Assembly: GCA_951406725.2 (NCBI GenBank)
Contig: OX597817.1
Coordinates: 174,468,001 to 174,532,000, forward strand
DNA length: 64,000 nt
Source of the DNA: Octopus vulgaris
Lineage: Eukaryota
Direction: 5' to 3'
Of this stretch, positions 54,261 through 64,000 are shown one piece after another. Below the pieces are notes generated by a model, which saw only the letters and a list, made by a program, of their open reading frames with translations, was not told where the DNA came from and searched no databases. Made by a program: the position numbers and the translations under genes. The first letter of the stretch is position 1, and each line of letters begins with the position of its first letter.

Positions 54261-54279
54261 TATATATAACCTTGAGTAA

Positions 54280-54989
54280 TGAGGGAGAGTTAAAAGTTAT
54301 ATGCACTCTTGTTTTTTTTCAATCTATTTACACAAAAACAGGGGATAAACAAATATGCCATTTTTTTCTATATTGTCCCCTTCCTTTTTGACACACTTGG
54401 TCCAGTGGTCCACCAGCTTGAGTATTCCTTCCATGAAGAAGGTTTTCGGTTGGTTGTGTGACCATTTGTGCACCACTTTCTTCACATCATCCGCAGGAAA
54501 TCGACGACCTTGTAAACCATCTTTGAGTGGTCCAAAGATATGATAGTTGGAAGGGGCAAGATCTGGGCTGTAGGCAGGGCGTTCCAACCCCTCAAAACCC
54601 AATTGGCTAATGGTTTCTGCAGTCTGGGCAGCCATGTGTGGGCGTGCATTGTCATGCAACAACAAAACCTTCTTTGACACTTGGCTTTGTTGTTTGGTGT
54701 GAATTGCTGGCTCCAGTTTGTTGGCCAGCAAAGCACCGTATCTTACACTGTTTATCGTACACTGTTGATCGGATTACTGCTCTTCTTTGTTCTTCTTTGG
54801 TGCACATTGCTTGTGGAGCGGCCATGCTTATTACACTGTAAAACCAGAAAGAAAAATGGTGTGATCAGGTTCAAACTTTGCTCACATGACCACAATAGTA
54901 TCAACTATAAGCACGCATGAACAGAAAGCAGTGTGACAATAATAAAGACATGTTATGGCAAAAGTGTGGATAATTTTTGACTTAACCTC

Positions 54990-54990
<1 letters not shown>
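54280..54990 (-). mobile_element. Internally deleted mariner element
   Basis: Imperfect ~30-bp TIRs (tgagggagagttaaaagttat and ataatttttgacttaacctcg|TA). ORF 54324-54731 carries LLHDNARPH and YSPDLAPSNYHIF with 34-residue spacing. Confidence 0.85.
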
Positions 54991-55037
<47 letters not shown>

Positions 55038-55046
55038 CTAGAAAAA

Positions 55047-55290
55047 TACAGTGTACATTTAAACACATAAGAGATGACCAATAATAGGACATCTGACTCA
55101 CTAGAAAGAGCTGTTAAAAACTCTAAGCCACTAATAGTTGCAATTCTGAAAGGGAATGAAAAAAAATATATATATGCACACACACATAGTAATTCATGTA
55201 AGGTAAACAAAAATTACAAGCTCCCTTTGGTTTCATTCGTTTGATTGATCATACATCGTACATATCAGCAGGTTTAAAATCAATAAGATA
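55047..55290 (-). mobile_element. Decayed member of the 18349/19993 hammerhead element family
   Basis: Starts gtgtacatttaaacacataag...ctagaaaga like the 19995 copy. The core is eroded (AGATGA...GAAAC on the - strand). Confidence 0.5.
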
Positions 55291-55764
55291 CCTCATCTCA
55301 TTGCTCTTACAGACAGCATAAATTGCTACAGACAATGTGAATTTATGTTACCACTTAAAAAAGACATAATCATAATTGGTAAGTTCTAAGAATATATTAC
55401 GCCAACTTATATTTCACCATATATGTTAGACAGTATGTAATTAATAAGAGATTTGTTATTTAAGTGAGTTTCAACAATATTAGATCAGATAGAATTATAT
55501 TAGTGAGAAATCTAAATTTCAGTATGTAAAGTAGACCACAGTGAAAAAAAATGGACGAAAGCAAAAAGCAAAATAAGTTGATATTTCTAATGAATGACTG
55601 TGTCTGCAACATCTGTTCTGATTGCAGCAGCTAATTAAGATGCTTCGTTATTATGGCTTTTTATTTAATTGATTCCGTTGCAATACAAACTATGAACAAT
55701 CTTCATGAATTTTAGAAATTATATGTAGAAATATATTTGAGCCTGTTATTCAGTTATGTATGTA

Positions 55765-55830
<66 letters not shown>

Positions 55831-55854
55831 CATACATACATAAATGTGTGTATG

Positions 55855-55886
<32 letters not shown>

Positions 55887-55895
55887 CATACATAC

Positions 55896-55926
<31 letters not shown>

Positions 55927-56303
55927 CACTACCGTCAGAAATTAATTAGCACCCTTGATTTGCTCTTCACTCAAGGTATGTGCTGTCACCTAGTGGCCAT
56001 ATCTCGAACTATTGCTTTGTTGCGAGTTCACTGTTGTGCAGAACGATGATGTAACTTTGTTTGCAGAGCAGTTTGAGAGTCTACAGCCTTATGATGTTGA
56101 CATAGCAGTGCAACAAATTGGAGTGCGGATGCAGACAAATCTTCCTTTGTTTAATAGATATAGGTAGCGCCTCGCAAGGACCAAAATCACACCATACTAA
56201 GTTTTCTCATCGCGTAAGACGTTTTGAACAGCTAATAGGTTAATTGATTTAACCTATTTAATGTAGAAATTTGATAAGTGCTAATTAATTTCTGATGCAA
56301 GTG
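55927..56303. mobile_element. Tc1/mariner-derived MITE
   Basis: TA|cactaccgtcagaaattaattagcac ... gtgctaattaatttctgatgcaagtg|TA. Confidence 0.8.
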
Positions 56304-56582
56304 TATAGTACAAAGTGAGATAGGGGTTATAATAAATGAAATAATTGCATTGCAAATATATATATAACTAATGTAGGATAAAATTTTTTCAAAAAAAAAA
56401 TTTTATCAATGGCCAGCATATCAAAAAATACCTTTAACGGTTAAATTTATAAACAACTTATAAATAAGGGCAAAATAAAAATTCTAATGCCAAATATGCC
56501 GAAAAAAAGACAAAATTGTCAATAACCATTATAATTAATGCGTCTCGAAACAAGCCGATAGAAATTTCTAAAAAATCCGTTA

Positions 56583-56643
56583 TTACCGTATTGGTCCCAA
56601 TTTCAGAGTTGATTCATAAGAATTTTCTCCTCGTCAGCGATAA
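56583..56643 (-). ncRNA. Type-I hammerhead ribozyme, complete core
   Basis: Minus strand reads TTATCG-CTGACGA-GGAG...CTCT-GAA-ATTGG-ga-CCAAT-A-CGGTAA. All three stems pair. Predicted cleavage follows AUA, between 56589 and 56588. Confidence 0.8.
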
Positions 56644-57842
56644 ATAAGACATAAATGAAATACTTACTTCAATACGTATTTCATTTATGTCTTACGTCGG
56701 GTCATAGTGCTAGTGCATGCATATACAGCTGCGTGCGTACACACATACACGTGAGTACTGTCCAAATCCCCGACCAATCACATACAGCTAGCTGGCATTC
56801 AATTGGCGTATCAAGTTTCAGGTATTTTGATTGGGTTTTGGATAGAAAATTCACAAAAAAGTCACTTCTATTGATTTTTTAATGGCTTTGCGGGGTGACT
56901 GGGGAAATGTAAAGATGTGCACGACCATCCTTGGATGGTTTTGAATAACTATAGAAAGTGCGAGCCCTCTAACTGAAAAATTGTGGATTTGTATAAAGGA
57001 CACACACACAGATATTTTGCCTTTTATAATAAGAGATAGAGATGTAATGACAGTGCATGGCCTAGTGGTTAGGATGCTCTGCTCACAATTGCAAGATTGT
57101 AGTTTCAATTCATGGATCATCTGCATTGTGTTGTTGAGCAAAGCATCTCATTTCACATTGCTCCAGTCCTCTCAGCTGTGAATGAGTGACCCTGTGATGG
57201 ACTGCTACCTCATTCAGGGGGCAGGAAGTGTTAGGATCTTGGTCACCTAAATGTCATGGAGAATGGGCAACCAGTCTTATGAGTCTTGGGACTTAAGACA
57301 ATTACATGACATATATATTTATCGTCATCGAAATCTTCATCATCATCATCATCATTATTTAATGTCTGTTTTTCCATGCTGGCATAGGTTGGATGGTTTG
57401 ACAGGAGCTGGCAAGGCCAGGTGCCACACCAGGTTCCATAGTCTGTTTCAACTTGCGTTCTACAGCTCGGTGCCCTTCCTAACACTAACCACTTTACAGA
57501 GTTTACTGGGTGCTTTTCACATAGCACCATCACCAGTGCTTTTTATGTGGTACCAGTACCAGTGCCTTTTACGTGAGTGGGAAAGTCTTCTTGAGTACAG
57601 CAGCATGCCATGTATACATACATACATATACACTCTGTAACATGTTTGGCATTAGAAAGGTCATCCAGCTGTAGAAACCATGACAAAGAAGATATTGGAG
57701 AAAGACGCAGCCCTCCATGTGTCAGATCTTGTCAACTCACACAGCCACTGCCAGCATGGAGGAAGGATGTTAAAGAAGGATGCTGCTGCTGCTGCTGATG
57801 ATGATGATATATATATCCCACTGTGTTAGAAGTAGAAAACAT

Positions 57843-58340
57843 CTTTTATCTTTTCTTGTATTTGTGTCAGTCATTGGACTTCAGCCATACTGGGACTCTA
57901 CGTTGAAGGGTTTTGCTCAAACAAATCAATCCCAGTACTTATTTTTAAGGTCTGGTACTTACTCTATCGATCTCTTTTGCAGAACTGCTTTATTACAAGG
58001 ACATAAACAAACTAACACTGTTTGTCAAGCAGTGGGGGTACAGATACAGACACAAAAACACACACATATATTTGGTGGGCTTCTTTCAGTTTTCATCTAC
58101 CAAATCCACTCTCGAGTCTTCTACAGTAGAAGATACTTGCTTACTGAACCCAGAACAATGTGAGTGGGAAACAGGCTTTATACCTAACAGCCCAGCCTGC
58201 ACCTAAGTTTGCTTCCCAACTACATGGTTCTGGGTTCAGTTCCACTGCATAGCACCTTGGGCAAGTGTCTTCTACTAGAGCCTCAGGCTGACCAATGCCC
58301 TGTGAGTGGATTTGGTAGATGGAAACTGAAAGAAGCGTGT

Positions 58341-58381
<41 letters not shown>

Positions 58382-58634
58382 GTATATGTATGTATGTATG
58401 TATTTATGTATATATATTTATGTGTGTGTGTCTGTGTTTGTCTCCCCACCATCACTTGACAAATGATGTTGGTGTTTTTACATCCCTGTAACTTAGTTGT
58501 TTGGCAAAAGAGACTGATAGAATAAGCACTAGGCTTACAAAGAATAAGTCCTGGGGTTGATTTGTTTGACTAAAACCCTTTAAGGTGGTGTTCCAGCATG
58601 GCTGCAGTCAAATGATGGAAACATGTAAAAGAAT
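57843..58634. mobile_element. Two family A SINEs joined head-to-head
   Basis: A minus copy at 57843-58203 is immediately followed by a plus copy at 58205-58634. Confidence 0.75.
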
Positions 58635-58865
58635 GGCGGCAAGCTGGCAGAAATGTTAGCATGCCGGGCAAAATGTTTAGCGGTATTTCGTCTGTCATTA
58701 CATTCTGAGTTCAAATTCTGCCAAGGTCTACTTTGCCTTTCATCCTTTCGGGGTTGATAAATTAAGTACCAGTTACGCACTGGGGTTGATGTAATCGATT
58801 TAATCCCTTTGTCTGTCCTTGTTTGTTCCCTCTATGTTTAGCCCCTTGTGGGCAATAAAGACATA
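58635..58865 (+). mobile_element. SINE family B with 18-bp TSD, inserted in a family A tail
   Basis: ggaaacatgtaaaagaat at 58617-58634 and 58866-58883. Confidence 0.9.
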
Positions 58866-60429
58866 GGAAACATGTAAAAGAATATATAATCTCTATTAGT
58901 CAAGAAAGTTTTTTGTAGTTTGTATTGCAAAGTGTCGATTGAATATAAAGCAGAAACAAAAGTTCATTAGCTGCAATCAAAAGAATAGATATTCCACAGA
59001 AAGCTTATTATAGAAAGTCTGATTTTCTTTTCTTTTGTCTGCTTTGGTGTTTTTACTTTCATACTGCAATTTAGGTTCCTTAACTGATATATTTCTATCT
59101 AGTCTAATATTACTAAAGCCCACTTACTTTAATCATAAATCTCTTATTAATTATTTACTATGTACCATATACAATAAATTAGAAATTTGTGAAACATATT
59201 CTTAGAATCAACCAATTGTTATCTTAAATTATCATGGCTTTTTCAAGTGGAAACACAAATTTATATTGTCTGTAGCAGCAAAGTTTCTATACACGATTGA
59301 TTTTTTTGTTCCAGAGAATTTATCTTCAAAATGTATGCAGTCGCCACCATTCTTGAAATGGTACAAACATATTGATTAGTAAACATTAGTTGAAAAGAAA
59401 ATAAGTTTTATCCAGCTTAGATAACTATAGATATTGATTTGCTTTTTGATTCCTTTCATGTCTAAGAATGATTGATTCAGTGAAGGGTAACATTTGTCAA
59501 TCCTAAATGACATTTGTATTTGTTTAAATACATTTTTTGTTGAATAATTATTAGTAATGTGGCTTTAGATTTATTGGTATATCATTAGATCTTGGTTGCA
59601 AACTATTTGTTCAAATTAGAATACAGTAAATACTTTTTATTGCTGTTATGTTTACAAATATAAATCCTTATTCTTTGCAGCATAATTCATTTTTTCCTTT
59701 TTATCCATATTTTATAAAGAATAAAATGAAAATACAAAATAACAATAATGCTTGTGTTATTATCAAATTATATTAACTCATATTTTTCAAATGATTTATT
59801 AAAAAAAATTGCACTTAAGTGTATGTAAAATATTTAGAAATCTAAATAAAATAATTATAATTAAATATTTCAATGGTGGAGCCTTAGATATGATACTGAG
59901 CTTTACAATTGCCTGTCCACTTCTTTTTTGTATTAATACAGTATTTATAAGTGACTAGGGGCATATATGGCTGTGTGGTTAAGAAGTTTGCTTCTACCAT
60001 GTGGTTTTAGGGTCAGTCCCACTGAGCAGCATATTGGGCAAGTGTCTTCTACTATAGCCCTTGGCTGACCTAAGCCTTGTGAGTGGATTTGGTATACAAA
60101 AACTGAAAGAAGCATGTTGTACGTGTGTATACATATATATATGGAGGGGGGGCGCAATGGCCCAGTGGTTAGGGCAGCAGACTCGTAGTCATAGGATTGT
60201 GGTTTTGATTCCCAGACCAGGCGTTGTGAGTGTTTATTGAGCATAAACACCTAAAAGCTCCATGAGGCTCAGGCAGTGGGTGGCGATCCCTGCTGTACTC
60301 TTTCGCCTCAATTTTCTCTCACTCTTTCTTCTGTTGGCGTCATTTGAAGGCTAAAACAATGCAAAGCACATTGTGACCAGTGATGTATAGCAACATCTGA
60401 TAGCCTGGTCGGTCACGGTGATCATGGTG

Positions 60430-60463
<34 letters not shown>

Positions 60464-60841
60464 CATGCTTCTTTCAGTTTGTGTGGTTTGTGTGTGTGTG
60501 TGTGTGTTGATATCATCTGATGGTTGTAAATGTTCATTTCCAGTCTTCTTTGTGGAAAAAAAATGTTGATGTATTGCCTTTGAGAAATATTACCTTGCTT
60601 GGAAACCGCTGATAGTAGCAACAGGAAGGGCATCTGCCATAGAAAATCTGCCCCAACAAATTCCATCTGACACTTGTATACATGGAAAAGTGGATTTTAA
60701 AATGATTATGATGGCAGCAGCAGTGGTATTTCAACAAACTGGTGATTGTGCTCTTGACACCACGTGGGTCTTTACCATTTCAAGCTGATGTTTGAAACAT
60801 AACATAAAATTTTGATGGAAGATTTTAATCTAAATCACTTT

Positions 60842-61221
60842 ATCCCTTTTGTTACCACAATTCTGTTGAAATACATTTTCCTCTATTTCAATTAATTTTG
60901 AAAATAACAAAGAGATTGGTAAACTAGCATCGTTATTTGAAGATAGTGTTTGAAGCATAAATTAACATAGAATTTTGATGAAAGCTTCTAATTTAGGCTT
61001 TTACTATCCAGGCATGTGAGACGCAGTTGAATCGTGTCAGTGACCAGGTTACACTTGGTGCCATGAAAATGCTTAAGTGAAGTTAACAGTTAAGTGCATT
61101 TTTGAATGTTTAATGTGTGTCTTCCGTGTTGTAATTGTTCCAATTTAGATTACTTTAAAACACGAAGTTTGTATCACAGAACCAGGTGTGGTCTCAGGCA
61201 GGTTAGCAGCAAAAAGGTTAA
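60842..61221. mobile_element. Second piggyBac-type MITE family, decayed
   Basis: cccttttgttacc...gcagcaaaaaggTTAA. A related terminus, ttaacccatttgataccaacctgc, lies at ~21436. Confidence 0.45.
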
Positions 61222-62001
61222 TGCAGTTAAAAGTTGGAAAATCTTTAATTCATCAATTAAGTGATCTTAGTTTGATGCTGTGTCACTGTGCTAAGATTAC
61301 AGCTTGTCATTATTATAACTGATCGATACATTACCTCAGACACGAAAAATATCAATCAGACTTTAAATTTTCACCTGCAGCTTCAGAATTTATATCCTGC
61401 TATCGATAAATCAGTTTCTGGAGACAGTTCATTGACCATTTTAGGTGATCATTTGTAAATTCTCATCAGATGATTGCTGCATTAGGTTTAATACTAATAC
61501 TACTGCTACACACAGAATGGGGCCTCACAGACTGCTTAAGTAGTTTATTCCATGAATTATTATGATTAAATAATTTGTAAAGTGTTTGATAAGCATCAAT
61601 TGTCTAAAGAGTTTCAGCTATGAGCATTATCAGTGGAAGAGTATTTACTGCTTCTTAATCTTGTGGTAGGCTTTACTTAATTTCGTAGCAGAAAGTAGTC
61701 TTGCCTTGCTACAATGTTTAATGCCGTTATTGTTATTGTCATCATCATCAACATCACAATCACCACCATCACCTCCATCACTGCCACCGTTATTGTTTTG
61801 ATATTGACTTTCCCATTCTTGCATAGATTATGCAGAACTTGTTGAAGTAGAATTTCTATGGTTGGATGGTCTTTCTGACACCAACCTTCCTCAGCTATTT
61901 CTAAATAAGATATTATTCCCCTTAGTTCTTTGAACAATGAACACCTGAATGGTTAAATGTGATTTCACAACAGATTGTAAACAATGACACTGTTCTATAT
62001 A

Positions 62002-63320
62002 CAGGATGTGAGGAGATATTTGAGGACTCTTAATTATCAATATATTAATCTCTTCCAATCAATTAAAACATTTTTATTTGCTTCAGATCCTCCGTGACAT
62101 AAAATGTAACTATAAAACTTGAAAAAAACATAGTCATTCTGGTCTATGTGTGGATCACAGTGATTTAGAAATTGCCATCTTCCTAAATGTTGCAAAACTT
62201 TTAGTACATGAAGTTTGGATGGAATTGAAAGCCATTAATAGGAATGTTTCAACTGTATCAAAGAGAAAAAATAGTCTAAAAGTTCAGACACTATAAATAC
62301 ACCACAGTTCATCCAATGGGATCAAAATAGTGTTGATGATCCTGGGAAATCAATGAGTACCATCACCAAAGAACTTCAGGTGTGGCTATCAGGTTAGGCT
62401 ATAAGAACTGTGCTGCATGAAAACATTCAATACAGGTCGTATGTACCGAGGAGAGGCCAATTCATGCCTGCAAAGACATGGAAGCTATTTGATATGTGCC
62501 AAGCAGTTGCTAAATAAGGTTAAAAACCATCACAAACATGGCATGGTTTGTTTCTTTTCTAGTGAGAAAAACTTTGACACAGGCCAAAAGTCTAATAGTG
62601 GAGGCACATGGCCTAGTGGTTAGAGCAGCGAACTCGCAGTTGAGGGATCGTGGGTTCAAATCTCAGACCGGGCGATGTGTGTGTTTATGAGCAAAACACC
62701 TAAGCTCCGCTCGGCTCTGGCAGAAGGTAATGGCGAACTTCTGCTGACCCTTTTGCCACAACTTCCTCTCACTCTTTCCTCCTGCATCCTGCAGCGCACC
62801 TACGACGGACCGGCATCCCGTCTAGGTGGGGAACCTATTCGCCAAGGAAACCGGGAAACCGGCCCTTATGAGCCAGGCATGGCTCGAGAAGGAACAAACA
62901 ACAAAAGTCTAATGATAGAAAGGACAGGCAGAAATGCAGATCATTCTGATGGCCCCAGATTGATGCACACTAAGTTTTCGGCAACTGTGATGGTTTTAGA
63001 AGTGGTAGATAATGAAGGTCATGCTGTGCCGCCTCACTTCTTTCTGTAGGATCTTAGAATTAATGCTGTTGGATACATCGATGTGCTGGAAATAGTTGCT
63101 GTGCCCTGGATAGATGAAGTACACAGTGGAAGGCCATACATGCTTCAGCAAGACTCAGCGCCTTCTCACAAGGTCCACATAACCCAGGAATGGGCTAAAC
63201 AATCTTTTCAATTATGTGACACCAAACTTGCGGCTTCCAAACTCACCAATTTAAATCCCATGGACTACTATGTTTGAAGTGTTGTCAAAAGGGAGAATAA
63301 TTAACATCATTATACCACAT
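62002..63320 (+). pseudogene. Decayed maT/DD37D-like transposon interrupted by a SINE
   Basis: TA|CAGG start. Fragments FFSSEKNFD, MHTKFSATVMVLEVVDNEGHAVPPHFF, QQDSAPSH and NLNPMDYYV, with many stops and frameshifts. No right TIR seen. Confidence 0.8.
62597..62901 (+). mobile_element. Young SINE family C insertion with 12-bp TSD
   Basis: caaaagtctaat at 62585-62596 and 62902-62913. A- and B-box-like head, CpG-rich body. Confidence 0.9.
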
Positions 63321-64000
63321 GGCCATAGTCTAATGACTGAAACAAAAAACAGATAAAACATGTATTAGAGATAAGAGAATACTTGTGTTTTGGAGCTAAT
63401 TTCAGAGTATTTCAAGCTTTTGAGTAACAATTTCATTGCTTGTTGTAGGGAGAGAAAAATGACTGAGGGCGTCAGATATTTTATGATTTATGCAAAATAT
63501 AGTGGCTTGCAGACACAGAATTTGTGGGCTGTAGAGATGTTGGTGCAATAAACTCTCAGAGTATCAGATAGCTGGAACATTAATGTTATTCTGTTAGGAA
63601 TTAATGTTGTATTTGTCGATTTTATTTCTCTGCAGCAATTGTGGAGAATTTAAACAAACTGAATTGGACAATGTGAATAAAGTTATCTTTACAAACATTT
63701 CAGCATTTCTGAATAAAACTGAGTCTATTCATTGTGGTTGAATTATTAAGAATATAATTGATATCATAAAAAACAAAATAATGAATGTGCCCTTTTAAAG
63801 CCTAGCCAGGCTCATGGGCCCAGTTTCCTGGTTTCTATGGCATATGTGTCCCCCAGCTGGACGGGACCCCAGTCCATCGCAGCGTTACTCATTTTTGCCA
63901 GCTGAGTGGACTGGAGCAATGTGAAATGAAGTGTTTTGCTCAAGAACACAATGCATCGCCTGGTCCAGGAATCGAAACCACAATCTTACAATCACGATGC

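Noticed and set aside
62597-62670. tRNA gene
   Set aside because: It is the tRNA-like head of a TSD-flanked SINE, with no complete cloverleaf.

Overview
Eukaryotic, AT-rich, microsatellite- and SINE-dense DNA. The repeat families look like those of an octopus or related coleoid cephalopod (inference from pattern recognition, not a database search). Almost all ORFs in the track are microsatellite or SINE artefacts. Host gene: two + strand coding exons (5938-6041 and 52021-52247) splice in frame across a ~46-kb intron. Together they give an ERp29-type C-terminal (D) domain ending in the ER-retention signal HEEL. Transposable elements: an apparently intact IR-DR Tc1 (DD34E) transposon, a decayed Tc1 with DD36E spacing, mariner and maT-like relics, RTE, CR1 and HERO LINE fragments, a Ty3/Gypsy pol fragment next to a ~475-bp palindrome, a Helitron-like element, several MITEs and four SINE families. 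The most notable signal is a set of non-coding elements in TA-rich sites with direct-plus-inverted terminal repeats. They carry minimal type-I hammerhead ribozyme motifs (best at 56583-56643 on the - strand and 53994-54076 on the + strand) and resemble Penelope-like pLTRs or retrozymes. SINE and MITE boundaries are approximate unless a target-site duplication is given.
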